DNA of 63,917 bases, filler included, from an uncultured Methanoregulaceae archaeon (GCA_964530035.1; 9 parts of 9 records of this genome joined end to end with filler, not necessarily neighbours in it), one strand, 5' to 3'. Counted from the whole stretch's first letter, positions 38,950 to 50,251 are shown. Notes: generated from the letters alone by a model not told the origin. Numbers and translations: made by a program.

Positions 38950-41142
38950 TCAGACAAGTCTGGCAGATGCGATAAGGTCCCTGGCAAAAGGAAGGTCGCT
39001 ATCGTACGTACCCGGGTCGGCATTGAAGCCCATAATGACCTGTTCTTTGTTGACAATGGTGGTGAGAATAAGTTCTTTTCTCGGGGCATTGTCTGATTCG
39101 GTATACTGGATTATGAGCCGGGCCGCGTCCTTGCCGAGCAGGGTCGCCTGGCCCCTTTCCAGCAGCTGGAAGTCCTTGTACGGATTGTATTCTTTAATAA
39201 GAGCGTCAGTGAGGGCCACCAGGTCGGATGATGAGGTGGGCTTCCTGTAGAGGAGAACCCATGAACGCCCTTTTACAATGGAAACCTGGTTGGCGGATGT
39301 TTTTGATTTGGCCTGCACGGTACATCCTGCAGGATAGCTGAAACTGAAATAGGGCCCCGTGAAACTGAGCAGTGCACTCCCGGCAGATGGAGATGCCGTC
39401 ACGCGGGGGGTTACTGTGGGTTTTTTTGTCGTACCCCTCACAACCGTGGTTTTTGCCGTTATTTTCCCTGAAACCGTCGTTAACGGGACCGGAGTGATCC
39501 GGGCCGGGGTCGTCGCAGCCGCGGGTGTTGCCCCGTCATGGAACTGTAGAGTGTCGAGAACCTGTAAAAAAGGTATGAAATAGGTATCAAAACTGGTCTC
39601 CGGAGCTTTACAATAGATGAAGACCAGTTTATTGTCCTTGTAGCAGAGGATATTAAACACCTGTTTCGTGACTCCCTCAGTGCTGGTGGTCGTATATATA
39701 AACAACATGGCGGGATAGCCCTGGAACGTCGACTTTTCCCGCCCCACGTACATGTATCCGGGCTGACTATTCTTATACACATCAAGGAACGCGTCGGTGA
39801 GAGAGTCAAGGGGGACGACCTCAGTTTTATTGATCGAAATATAGACGAAGCACGCCTTGTCGGCTGACAACATGGCTATGTTATGCGTGGAATCATCTGA
39901 CAGGTCATGGGGGTCCCATCCGGCCGGGTACTCCAGGGAGACCCAGGGCAGGTCGAGCCGGACCATACCGGTCGAGCCCTGGGATGACTGCGTTGTCCTT
40001 GCGACAACCGGCACAACCGAGGGTACGATGGTTGCCCGGGGAGGCGTGACAGCCGTCCTGGTCGTTGCCGACGGTGCCGGGGTGGTCACCGGGACCGAGG
40101 ATGTGGCGGTATACGACTTCGTCGGGGCGAGGTAGATGTTCCAGCGGGAACTCCGGTCGTCCTGCCACACTATCCGTTTTCCATCAACAGCCGGGTACTC
40201 CTGCCGGTGGCTGTCGGTGGTGACCTGGACAACCTGGCCGGTCTTGACATCCGCCTGGTAGATGTCCCAGTTGTCATTCGTGTTGTCCTGGTGGTAGACA
40301 ACCGTGCTTCCGCTCACCGAAGGCCAGGCCTGTGTCCTGCTCCCACCGGCAACGAGGGTTTCCGTGCCTGTCGCGATGTTGTACATGTAGACATCATAGC
40401 CCGTGTTCCTCTCGTCCATCCAGACGATGGTGTTCCCGCTGATCCGTGGGTTCGTCTGTTTGAACGGGTCGGTGGTTATCTGCATAGTCTTTTTCGTCCT
40501 GATATCGTAGAGGTAGACGTCCCAGTTGTCGTCCCCGTTGTCCTGGTGGTAGACCACCCGGGTCCCGTCGATCACCGGCCTCCCCTGGGTCTCCGGTCCC
40601 GTCGCGACAAGGGTTTCCTTCCTGGCCTTGAGGTCGTACATATAGATGTCCCAGTCCCCGCTCCTCTTGTCCGGCCATACGACGTAATCACCGCTTATCG
40701 ACGGGTAGTCCTGCTCTGAAGGGTCATGCGTGACCTGGAACGTCGTAGCGGTCTTGATATCATACACGAAGACGTCCCAGTCGAACCCTCCCTGGCCCTG
40801 GTGATACGCGATTTTTCCCTTTGAGACGGAAGGATACCCCTGGGTAGCGGTGCCCGAGGTAACCTGGACCTCCTTCCTGGCCTTGAGGTCGTACATATAG
40901 ATGTCCCAGTTCCCGTTCCGGAAGTCCTGCCATACGACGTAGTCACCGCTGATTACGGGCCTTTCCTGGGTGCTGCCGGAAGGAGCCAGGCGGGTCTCGG
41001 CCAGGGCATCTTGTGCTGCAGCAGCTTCCACGTTTTTTTCAGACAGATAAAATCCGGCTGGCGCATCCGGTACCTCTGACCCGGCGGCATGCCATACCAG
41101 CATGACCAGGGCACAGAAAAGCAGGAAATGTACGTATCTCAT
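38950..41142 (-). CDS. Cell-surface protein: methanogen beta-propeller repeats + two PsbP-like domains
   Basis: Signal peptide; seven Q..P.ISG..VVW.D.R.G.WDIY.YD-type repeats; Thr-rich linkers; SLEYPAGW and SFSYPAG domains. Confidence 0.85.
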   Translation of the reverse strand: MRYVHFLLFCALVMLVWHAAGSEVPDAPAGFYLSEKNVEAAAAQDALAETRLAPSGSTQERPVISGDYVVWQDFRNGNWDIYMYDLKARKEVQVTSGTATQGYPSVSKGKIAYHQGQGGFDWDVFVYDIKTATTFQVTHDPSEQDYPSISGDYVVWPDKRSGDWDIYMYDLKARKETLVATGPETQGRPVIDGTRVVYHQDNGDDNWDVYLYDIRTKKTMQITTDPFKQTNPRISGNTIVWMDERNTGYDVYMYNIATGTETLVAGGSRTQAWPSVSGSTVVYHQDNTNDNWDIYQADVKTGQVVQVTTDSHRQEYPAVDGKRIVWQDDRSSRWNIYLAPTKSYTATSSVPVTTPAPSATTRTAVTPPRATIVPSVVPVVARTTQSSQGSTGMVRLDLPWVSLEYPAGWDPHDLSDDSTHNIAMLSADKACFVYISINKTEVVPLDSLTDAFLDVYKNSQPGYMYVGREKSTFQGYPAMLFIYTTTSTEGVTKQVFNILCYKDNKLVFIYCKAPETSFDTYFIPFLQVLDTLQFHDGATPAAATTPARITPVPLTTVSGKITAKTTVVRGTTKKPTVTPRVTASPSAGSALLSFTGPYFSFSYPAGCTVQAKSKTSANQVSIVKGRSWVLLYRKPTSSSDLVALTDALIKEYNPYKDFQLLERGQATLLGKDAARLIIQYTESDNAPRKELILTTIVNKEQVIMGFNADPGTYDSDLPFARDLIASARLV

Positions 41143-41315
41143 CGTTGCCCCCCCCATATCCCACCGGCCCTTCCTGCTGGAAAGGCCACTGGAATACATG
41201 CCGCTGTGTCCCGGTGATGATAAATGTGCCGGTCAGGGACCGTCTCAGTCTCCGGTCCGGGTACAGGCAGACGGGAGACATAGCGGTCTATGAGGAAAAG
41301 GCAGCCCGGCTTCCC

Positions 41316-41837
41316 TCATGCCCCCGGTTGTTCATGCAGGTGACCCGGGGATGCCGCGGAGAGTTCCTGTTCCTTCTGGCCGCATTCCCTGGCCTTTTCA
41401 TGGTCTCCGACCGCCTGATAGGATATTTTCAGGTTGTGGAACAGGTCAGGTGTCCCTTGTTCCGTGAGGAGGACATTGTTGTAAAATTCTATTGCAAGGG
41501 GATATTTTTCGAGACGGAACGCTTCATCGCCCTTTCGTAACCACATTCGCGGTCCGGTTTCCGATGCGGCGGCATGCTCTTCATTGGTCAGGGGGGCCCT
41601 TTTTCCCAGGGTATACCCCTTGTAACCGGTGAACAGCGGGAGGAAAAACAGGATGAGGTCCCCTGCGAGGACATCGACACAGAATGCCCCGCAGCTGAAC
41701 CAGTAGAACGAGGATGAAGGTTTGAAAAGGCCTGCTTTTTCCTTCTGGTACGCGGTTATCCAGAGCACCGCCCCGGCACCGAGCAGAATGGCATGGATGA
41801 CCAGGCGTATGGATGCGGCATCAGAAGCTGACGTCAT
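41316..41837 (-). CDS. Membrane protein with C-terminal TPR
   Basis: Two TM helices, then W..KG..AF...KY..AI.FY..VL...LFHNL..SY...G..EKA. Confidence 0.6.
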   Translation of the reverse strand: MTSASDAASIRLVIHAILLGAGAVLWITAYQKEKAGLFKPSSSFYWFSCGAFCVDVLAGDLILFFLPLFTGYKGYTLGKRAPLTNEEHAAASETGPRMWLRKGDEAFRLEKYPLAIEFYNNVLLTEQGTPDLFHNLKISYQAVGDHEKARECGQKEQELSAASPGHLHEQPGA

Positions 41838-42032
41838 GTATCCGGTGATTGGTCGGGGAGAGAATTAAGGCCTGCCCTTTCTTTGAGGTAAAAGGGGTGG
41901 TTCCCCCTCCCTGGTCCCGGGTGCAGGGGAGCACCTGAACCAGTTGAAAGAAGGATTGGGAGAGTGAGACCGTGTACAGGCTCAGGGTTCGCGGATGGTG
42001 AAGCCCACTCCGCCCGCCCTCAACCTCCCCGT

Positions 42033-43547
42033 TCAGGTCGCGTCAACCCGTCCCGGCGAGGCAACCGCATTCTCCGTGAAGGTCTTCGAACCGCCTGTCG
42101 TCATGGAATCGGACCGGGCGTTCAGGGCCCCGGAAACGGCCTCTATCCGCCGTGCGATCTCCCTGCCCATGTCCGTCTTCATGGTCCACGAGCCCTTTAC
42201 CAGGGCGGAAGGCTGCCGGACGTTCATGACCGCGGTGGCCGAGCTCCAGCCGTCCAGGGAGGAGCGCTGGGAGCTGGTAAGGTTCCCGATGGCGAATCCT
42301 TCCCTGATCCTGATGTCTTTTGAAGTGACTTCCAGCCCGGACGAGATGTCCTCGCCCGTGCTTCGCAGTATCGTAGAACCCGTCAGGGAGACTTTTTCAT
42401 CAGTCCTTGCCTCTCCCGGCCGTGCAGTCGTATCGGTTGTGCCGGACCCTTTCGAACTGACGGTCTTTCCGTCAGGTGAGGCCATGACATCGAGGCTGTC
42501 GGAAATGAGGACCGGGTCGACCCCCCTGACTCCCCCTCCCGCGATCCGGTTCCGGCTGATGCGTTCGGCGGAACCGACAGTAAACTGCACCTGGGCTGCA
42601 GAGATGTTTTTACCCCCGCTGGCTGAGGAGCTGAATGCGATACCCGCCCCGTCAGTCACCATAAGGCCGGTATACGCAGGGATCCTGCTCGCGATGTCAT
42701 TTTCAAACCACTGCTCCGAAAGGGTGTTTGACGAAAGGAACAGCGCCTTCCTGGACCTGTATGCCTGCGACGAGAGGGCGCTCCCGTCGGTGGAGTTCGC
42801 AAAAGCCATGTAACCGGAGAGTTCTCCTGTTTCAACCGAGGTATACGACCCTGCATACCTGTCGTAGGTCATCCCCCCGCTGTCTTCATGTCCTTGTGTG
42901 TCAGTTATCCCGAATTGCAGGGGCGGAAAGGTGGATATGCCAGGCCCGGCCTGCCCGCTGCCCAGGAGGTGGTAACTGCGGGCGAGCAGGTTGAAGGAAC
43001 CGGACCCCCTGTCAACCTTGTTCGTGGCTGCGACCTTCTTTTTTTGTGCCGACACCGTGAGCGTATAGTCGACCGAACCCGGCTCCGTTGTATTTGGTTC
43101 GGTGTACACTCCCCCGAATGCGACCTCCTTCCGGGAGTTGACTCCATGGCCGATGAGGTTCATGGTTGCCGCATTTTTCACGGTCACCCTCTGGAACGCG
43201 GTTACACCGCCTCCGCTCTCCCCTGCCTGTTGCACATAGCGCCACTCGGGTGTCAGAGAACCAGTCCCGTTGATGGTGAGCTGGACGAAAACGTAGTTGC
43301 CCGACAGGTCCTCTTTTTCAAGCGTGGCCGTGGTGTTTCCCGTCCCCTCAACGGTTGACCCCGGGGAGGAATCTGCCGGACCGCTCTCTTCCTGGTGCAT
43401 TTCAGGTTCTTTACCGGCCGGGAGGGTCCCGTCCCGGGATGGTATTTCCAGGGGTCCACCCGCGTCACCGAGGGCGAACGGGACGACCATTGTTGTAGCA
43501 AGGACAAGGATGAGTACGCACGGGATGATGGTTCCTGTTCGTGTCAT
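42033..43547 (-). CDS. Large secreted Ser/Thr/Gly-rich hypothetical protein
   Basis: Signal peptide MTRTGTIIPCVLILVLATTMVVPFALG; long open frame. Confidence 0.65.
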   Translation of the reverse strand: MTRTGTIIPCVLILVLATTMVVPFALGDAGGPLEIPSRDGTLPAGKEPEMHQEESGPADSSPGSTVEGTGNTTATLEKEDLSGNYVFVQLTINGTGSLTPEWRYVQQAGESGGGVTAFQRVTVKNAATMNLIGHGVNSRKEVAFGGVYTEPNTTEPGSVDYTLTVSAQKKKVAATNKVDRGSGSFNLLARSYHLLGSGQAGPGISTFPPLQFGITDTQGHEDSGGMTYDRYAGSYTSVETGELSGYMAFANSTDGSALSSQAYRSRKALFLSSNTLSEQWFENDIASRIPAYTGLMVTDGAGIAFSSSASGGKNISAAQVQFTVGSAERISRNRIAGGGVRGVDPVLISDSLDVMASPDGKTVSSKGSGTTDTTARPGEARTDEKVSLTGSTILRSTGEDISSGLEVTSKDIRIREGFAIGNLTSSQRSSLDGWSSATAVMNVRQPSALVKGSWTMKTDMGREIARRIEAVSGALNARSDSMTTGGSKTFTENAVASPGRVDAT

Positions 43548-43715
43548 TAGGCATTCACTTCCTGATGAAGGTCTCAAAGGCTTTCTTGTTGCTTCCCGGT
43601 ATAAGAAGGTGGCCCATGGAAAAAATCCTGAAAAAGGACGTTGTCATCGGCTCTTCCCTTATGCATAGCTTGATGTGTCCTGAGTGTAATCGCACTGTTC
43701 AGGGGGAACCATCCG

Positions 43716-44887
43716 ATGACCAGACACATGAGTCCTGTAATGATACTTGCCGTGCTCATATTTCTCACTCTTTTCTGCACGGCGGCCTCCGCGGCGTCCA
43801 TTGGCCCGAACAACCACATCCTCGTGGACCTGAGCCATGCTGAACGGATAAGCATCGACGGTGCCGTTGCAACCGGCCTCGACCTCTCAAAGAGCCCGGT
43901 GGTGGTCGAATGGCAGGCCTGGGCCGATGACATGAGGCGACAGGGCTACACGGTGACGACCCATATCACCGGGCCGGTTACAAAGGAAGTACTGGGCGAT
44001 GCCTGCATCCTGATCATCGCCGAGCCCGACTACCGGAAGAACGGGGTTGCCTACTTCACCACGGACGAGGCCAAGGCGATCTCGACCTGGGTCTCCGAAG
44101 GGCACACCCTGCTCCTCCAGGGCCAGTCGTTCCTCGGGGGCGAAGATGCTGAAACATACGTCGACGACTACGGGAGCCGGTATGTCTACGCCCTGATCAT
44201 CAACGACCTCCTGAAGAAGATGAGCATCGGGCTGAAGTTCACCGCCGGGACGAACACCCGGCCGATAGGTGACATCGTCCTTGACCCGGACGCCACCGAT
44301 ATGATAGCCGGGTCAGTGAGCGACATCTGGGTCCATGAGGGGGCGAAGTCCCACCCGGTCTGGTCCGGGGTGGCGGGCGGGAGGTTTGCCCTGTTCCACG
44401 GGGCGTCGATCAACACCCCCTGGAACTCTGCGAGCGTCATTGCCCGCGGCGATGCGAAGAGCTTCTCGACGAGGGACACGGTGGGCGTGCAGCTCCAGGA
44501 CCCGCATATCGCCAGCCGCGAGGAGGAAAGCCTGTTCAAGCGGGTCGAGGACATCACCACAAGGTCCGGGACCTTCAGGCTGATTGTGAAGAAACAGGGC
44601 GAGTACCCGGTCGTCATGGCCGAGACGAAGCATGGCTGCGGGACGGTCGTCCTGTACGGCGATGTTGCCGCCTGGCAGGACTCGGCGTACTGGGGCCCGG
44701 TGTATACGAACGCCTCGTATAATAACCAGAAGATAGCATCGAACCTGATGGCCTACCTGAAGAAGCGGTGTGTTGACTGCGAAAAGACCGTCACGACCCG
44801 GGTAACCGCCGCACCGACCGTCACCCGTACAGGAGTGACCCCTGTCCCGCCGTCACAGGTGCAGGAGGGCTGCCAGGACTGCCTTGA
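43716..44887 (+). CDS. Secreted GATase-like (DUF4350/GldG/IFT52-type) domain protein, 3'-truncated
   Basis: Signal peptide; ILVDLSHAE, ILIIAEP, FTTDE..AI..WV.EG..LLL.G, INDLL, G.GTVVLYGD and N..IA.NL motifs. Confidence 0.65.
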
Positions 44888-44987
44888 NNNNNNNNNNNNN
44901 NNNNNNNNNNNNNNNNNNNNNNNNNNNNNNNTTAATTAATTAANNNNNNNNNNNNNNNNNNNNNNNNNNNNNNNNNNNNNNNNNNNN

Positions 44988-46110
44988 GTGAGACCTTTAT
45001 AAGTTCATCCGGGACCGCGATCTTCTGGGGACATGCTTTTACGCATTTTCCACAGTTCCGGCAGAGCCCGGCATAAGCCGGAGTACCCATGGTCCCCATG
45101 AGCTGTACTCCGTACCATATCCGCGTCATCAGCCTGCCCGGGACCATGTAGTACTGGTTATACAGCTGGAAGCAGTTCGGGATGTTCACGCCGAAGGGAC
45201 AGGGCATGCAGTAGGCACACCCGGTGCAGGGCACTTTCATTCTCCTGCGGTATACGCCGGCAGCCTGAGAAATAACATCATGCTCCTCCGGCGTCATGGA
45301 ACCGGGCAGGGCGTCCGAACAGGTCCTGATGTTCTCGGCGATATGGGCCTCGTCGTTCATCCCCGAGAGGACGACCGTTACCTCGGGATGGTCAAGGACG
45401 AAGCGGAGTGCCCATTCTGCCGGAGTCCGTTGCACCGGTGCGTCCCGGTAAATCCGCACGACCTCGTCCGGTAGTTTCCCGGCAAGGGTGCCACCCCGGA
45501 GCGGTTCCATGACCATGACCGCTACCTCCTTCGAGGCAGCATAGCGGAGACCCTCAGTCCCGGCCTGGGTCTCCTCGTCGAGGAAGTTGTACTGGACCTG
45601 GCAGAAGACCCAGTCATAGGCGTCGATGATCTCATGGAAGGTTTTCCTGTCGCCGTGGAACGAGAACCCGGCGTTCTTTATCTTTCCTGAAGCCCTGGCC
45701 GAGTCCAGGAACCCGAGGACGCCAAGGTCCACCATTTTCTTCCACCCCGAGGCCTCAAGGCCGTGGAGAAGATAATAATCGATATGGGTGGTCTGGAGTT
45801 TTTTCAGCGAGATATCAAGGATCCTGTCCATGTCGGCACGTGATTTCACCATGAAGGGCGGGAGCTTGGTGGCGAGCTTCACCTTCTCCCGGTACCCGTC
45901 CTGCAACGCCCGGCCGAGGAACCGCTCGCTTTCCCCGCCGTGGTATGGCACGGCAGTATCGACGTAGTTGACTCCGTTATCAATCGCGTAGCGGAGCTGG
46001 TGGGTCGCCCTCTCCTCGTCGATCTTCAGCCTCTTCATCGGAAGGCGCATCGCCCCGAATCCGAGGGCGGAGAGCCTGTCCCCGTTTTTAGGTACTGTCC
46101 GGTACTGCAT
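44988..46110 (-). CDS. Aldo/keto reductase with C-terminal 4Fe-4S domain (COG1453), 3'-truncated
   Basis: LGFGAMRLP, NYVDTA.PYH, ATKLP, DYYLLH, MEPLRGG, CTGCAYCMPCP and CRNCGKC..CP motifs. Confidence 0.92.
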
Positions 46111-46313
46111 CTGTCACTACCCCGTTCGCAGCCTCGCATGAGACAGGTGTAATCTCATGGGGCCCTGTCCCGGCGAGTCCCTGCGAGCTGCAGGGAGAAA
46201 CGGTGTACAACCAATGCTCAATATGCTGCCGGATGCGATGCTCTTCGTGGAGCTGTATGACCCGGGGACCAATGAAAGACGGGTGATATGCCCGTATGTT
46301 GACACACCGAAGG

Positions 46314-47174
46314 TCAGGCAACGCCCCCCTGGAGCGTGATCACGTGTTCCGTGGCCGGCAGTTCCTTTCCAGCCCGTTTCATCGCCTCGTTCAGGACGTA
46401 CCTCGTGCCGCCGCAGCACGGGACCTCCATCCGCACCACGGTCACGGATTTTATGTCGTGGAGTGACAGGATGTCTGCCAGTTTGCTGATATACCCCTCG
46501 ATGTCCGCGTCGAGCTTGGGGCAGAAGATGATCACGGTCTTTCGCTGCAGGAACTTCCTGTGGAACCCGGCATGGGCGAACGGGACGCAGTCAGCGGCGA
46601 TGAGCAGGTCGGCGCCATCGAAGAACGGGGACCTGGGGTCAAGGAGGCGGAGCTGCACCGGCCACTGGCGCAGTTCTGACCCTGTGTCCCGCGTGCGGTC
46701 GATGGGACGTTTCCTCGTCGCCGTCACCTTCCTGATCAGCTGCGGGGATGCCCCCGGGCACTCCCCGAAGGGGTTGCAGGCATGGCCTTCCCGACCGGCG
46801 GTGGTGTCCTTTTTTTCATATCCCGGTGGCACAGGAAGCCCGTGTCCTTTCAGATAGTCCAGCGCCTGTCCGAGAAGCCCGGTCTCACCGTGTTTTCCGA
46901 GGTGTTCGAGGTGCGCCCTGATGACGGCCGGTCCCTGGGCCACAATCCGTTCCATGACCGCCGTTTCATCATAAGCCCCGGCCTCCCGTTCGATGACCGA
47001 GATGGCACCTTCCGGACACGTCCCGATGCAGGCCCCGAGGCCGTCACAGAAAAGGTCGCTTACCAGCCGTGCTTTTCCGTCGATGAGCTGGATTGCCCCC
47101 TCCGGACAGTCGGGTATGCACTGGCCGCAGCCTGTGCACTTCTCCTCGTCGATGGTGATGATGTTCCGCTTCAT
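46314..47174 (-). CDS. 4Fe-4S dicluster protein with LRQWPVQL/ADC/CPKLD/MEVPCC domain
   Basis: IDEEKCTGCGQCIPDCPEGA, CDGLGACIGTCP and MEVPCCGG motifs; GGAGG RBS. Confidence 0.88.
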   Translation of the reverse strand: MKRNIITIDEEKCTGCGQCIPDCPEGAIQLIDGKARLVSDLFCDGLGACIGTCPEGAISVIEREAGAYDETAVMERIVAQGPAVIRAHLEHLGKHGETGLLGQALDYLKGHGLPVPPGYEKKDTTAGREGHACNPFGECPGASPQLIRKVTATRKRPIDRTRDTGSELRQWPVQLRLLDPRSPFFDGADLLIAADCVPFAHAGFHRKFLQRKTVIIFCPKLDADIEGYISKLADILSLHDIKSVTVVRMEVPCCGGTRYVLNEAMKRAGKELPATEHVITLQGGVA

Positions 47175-47429
47175 AGCCCCCTGCCTCCCACCGAGTTTGA
47201 CGCCTGAAGATATGGAGCTCCTGATCGTACCTCCCGCTGGAACCGGCGGACAGGGGTGTTTCCTTAAGGCTGTATGGAGAGAAACCTCCCGGATGTCCCG
47301 TTTCGAGACCCCGGAGTATGCCACGCCGGACACCCCGGGCCTGAATCCCTGCCATCCTGGAAAACTATATCGGTTTTGGATTGAATGGTAGCTTCAACAC
47401 TGGCAGGTGAAGGGGGAGGAGAGGGTATC

Positions 47430-48965
47430 ATGACTACTACCGGATCATCATCTCATAAACAGGGCTGGATGTCTCCGGCAACCATTCCGCTGCTGGCTGC
47501 CGTTTTCCTGGTCCTTGGATGCGCCTTGCCCGTTCTCTGCCACCCTGCGGCCGCTGCCACCCCTTTTAAGTCCTACAGTGACTCCCGGTTCAGCCTGCAG
47601 TACCCCGAAGGCTGGACCATCGTCCCGAATACCAGCATCAAGGCCTGGCACAAGCTCACCATTACCTCTCCAAACGGCACCTCCGTGCTTTCGTTCTATG
47701 CCGGAAACACGGACCTGTCCGGGACGCTTGACGATCACGTCTCAACGGTCCTGAAAGATCTCGGGGATATTACGGGGTTCACCCTTCTGTCACGCGAGAA
47801 GTATACGCTTGACGGTAAAAGCGCGGTAAAAATCGTGTATACCTGGAAGACCGGCAGTGGCAGGCCACAGAAGACCTTGTGCATCGTATCGGTTGTCAAC
47901 AAGCGGCTGTATGACCTTTACTGCACGACTTCACCAGACAGCTACGATTCAAACGAACCCTTCTTCAGGCAGGTCCTGTCCACCGTCAGGGTCAAGGCAG
48001 TACCTGCCACATCAACGACGACGAAAAAACCGACAGCCACCCCGACGCTCTCGATGAAGTCCTACAGCGACTCACGGGTCAGCCTGCAGTACCCTTCAGG
48101 ATGGACCATCGAAACGGATGATTCCATGAAATCGTTGCACAAGGTGTCCATGTACTCCCCTGCCAATACCTCCATCGGCATCCTCTACGGGGGCAACGAA
48201 GACGTGTCAGGAGACCTTGAGGACCAGGAGGCCGAGCTTATGGACACACTCGGGAATTTGTCCGGGTTCACCCTGGTTTCACGTCAGAAAACGACGTTCG
48301 CCGGAAAAAGTGCCATCAGGCTCGTCTACACGTGGAAAACTGCAGGTGGGAAGTCCATAAAAACAATGACCGCTCTTGCCGTTGTGAACAACCGGCTCTA
48401 CCAGGTCTTTTTCAATACGGCTCCAGACTCGTACAGCCAGAACGAAGCCCTTTTCACAAAGATTACCTCGTCCGTCAAGGTCAAGGCAGTACCAAAGCCG
48501 ACAGTCACCCCGACACCCTCGATGACGTCATACAGCGACTCCTGGTTCAGCATCAGGCACCCCTCTGACTGGACGGTTACCGTGGATGATAAAGGTGAGT
48601 CCTATTACCGGATATCCGTGGAAAGCCCGGCGAAGAGTCCTGCCTTGTTCCTGAAAGGAACAAAAACGAAGTCAGACAGGACCCTCGATGAGGTCGTATC
48701 ATCGCTGCTCGAAGAAATTGGTACGTGGTCCGGGTACACCCTTGTCAGGAAGGAGAAGACAACCCTCGACGGAAAAAATGCAGAGAGAATTGTCTTTACC
48801 TGGACAACGGATGATGGGAATGCAGTGAAAACGATGATAGTCGTATCTGTCATCAACAAGCGGGAGTACCAGGTCTTCTGCTTCGGGTCACCGGCCACCT
48901 ACAACGGGACCGAGGCAACATTCAGGCAGATATTATCGTCAGTCAGGGTCAAGGCCGTCTCTTGA
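47430..48965 (+). CDS. Secreted protein with three tandem PsbP-like (DcrB/DUF1795-type) domains
   Basis: Three repeats of SYSDS.(F/V)S(L/I).(Y/H)P..WT...(E/Q)K.T..GK.A...V(Y/F)TW...V.N.R.Y.....P..Y...E..F..I.S.V.VKAV. Confidence 0.82.
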   Translation: MTTTGSSSHKQGWMSPATIPLLAAVFLVLGCALPVLCHPAAAATPFKSYSDSRFSLQYPEGWTIVPNTSIKAWHKLTITSPNGTSVLSFYAGNTDLSGTLDDHVSTVLKDLGDITGFTLLSREKYTLDGKSAVKIVYTWKTGSGRPQKTLCIVSVVNKRLYDLYCTTSPDSYDSNEPFFRQVLSTVRVKAVPATSTTTKKPTATPTLSMKSYSDSRVSLQYPSGWTIETDDSMKSLHKVSMYSPANTSIGILYGGNEDVSGDLEDQEAELMDTLGNLSGFTLVSRQKTTFAGKSAIRLVYTWKTAGGKSIKTMTALAVVNNRLYQVFFNTAPDSYSQNEALFTKITSSVKVKAVPKPTVTPTPSMTSYSDSWFSIRHPSDWTVTVDDKGESYYRISVESPAKSPALFLKGTKTKSDRTLDEVVSSLLEEIGTWSGYTLVRKEKTTLDGKNAERIVFTWTTDDGNAVKTMIVVSVINKREYQVFCFGSPATYNGTEATFRQILSSVRVKAVS

Positions 48966-49155
48966 ACGGCAGCACCATGGGCATGTACCCGGGGTCACAT
49001 GAACCCCGGGGGGATGCCGGTCCGGACCGGTCCTGGTAACGCCCGGGACCTGATAATGTGCCAGGGAAGAGGGTGAGCAATGTCTTGCGTCCCTTTTCCC
49101 GGGCCTTCTCTCCACCCCTTTGTTTTCTTCGTTCTTGTACAGTACGATGAGATGA

Positions 49156-50235
49156 CTATGCCGGCCTGCTCCCTTGTTTACAGCGGATCTTCTGGTCCGT
49201 CCCTTCCAGGACACCTGCTTTCCGGAGTTCGCCGACCAGTCCGGGGACAAGCTCCCGGTCAATGGAGATCAGCACTTCGCGGTCGTCCTGGCCCTCAGGA
49301 CTGAACTCCGCCAGGGCATCGGCGAGCTCATCTACTGACATTTTCCTCCCGCCGATGATGCCGGTTATCACCGGGATGAGGACACGTTTCATATGGCTCC
49401 CCTGGATGAACTCCTGGTAGTCGTCTTCATCCATTTCAGCCTCTGAGAGCATTTCCTCCAATTCTTCACCCGCTGTCTCAAAGTACAGTTCAGGCCCTGT
49501 GGTCACCACGTGCTTCGCCAGGTATTCGATCTTCGTGTAGGGCGTTACCCCGTGTTTTTTTGCACATGCATCGACGGCCGTCGAGATGAAAGGGTCAGTC
49601 AAGGAGACTACCTCTTCCCCGGGGACAACCTTCCTCGTGAGGTACAGACCGTCGTCCCTGGACTCGATGCCACCTGAAGCCTGGAGGTGGATGACCGGGA
49701 TAATCCGGTCTGCAATATACCTGACTCTCTCATCGGCGGTTGCGGACTCGGGAAGTCCGGCCGTCAGCTCCTCACGCCCCTCCTCTCCCCCGGCCTGGAT
49801 ACGGTCTCCGGCCTCGTACACGGAAAGAGATTCCATGCCCGTCCGCACTTTTTTCACTGCGTTTTTAAACCTGCTGATGGAATCTGGTGTGACTTCAACA
49901 GTATCCTCCTGGTCAGCCGCACTATCCCCAGGAGCAGGCGGATTTGATTCAAGGTCGTCGATCATGGCTTCAAAGGCGCTGACCGGGCCTTTAAACGCTA
50001 TTATCACCTGCTCGACATACCGGGTCGAGACATGGGTTTTTACGCCTCTTGTTTTTAAAAACCGGATGAAATCCCGTGCGTCCCCGGGACTAAGGAAACG
50101 CACCTCCTCTTCAAAGAACATGGTGAAACTATACTCCGGGAGGCTCTTAATGGAACCCACCTCGTGGCACACCTCCCGGGAAGAAGGGTATCCTGAAGAG
50201 GCCGTGTCCTGGGCGGGATGATTTCCTTCAAACAC
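49156..50235 (-). CDS. Acidic conserved hypothetical protein (true start possibly 50121)
   Basis: Long ORF with protein-like composition and a possible C-terminal wHTH. Confidence 0.65.
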   Translation of the reverse strand: MFEGNHPAQDTASSGYPSSREVCHEVGSIKSLPEYSFTMFFEEEVRFLSPGDARDFIRFLKTRGVKTHVSTRYVEQVIIAFKGPVSAFEAMIDDLESNPPAPGDSAADQEDTVEVTPDSISRFKNAVKKVRTGMESLSVYEAGDRIQAGGEEGREELTAGLPESATADERVRYIADRIIPVIHLQASGGIESRDDGLYLTRKVVPGEEVVSLTDPFISTAVDACAKKHGVTPYTKIEYLAKHVVTTGPELYFETAGEELEEMLSEAEMDEDDYQEFIQGSHMKRVLIPVITGIIGGRKMSVDELADALAEFSPEGQDDREVLISIDRELVPGLVGELRKAGVLEGTDQKIRCKQGSRPA

Positions 50236-50251
50236 CGGATATTCTCCCGGA

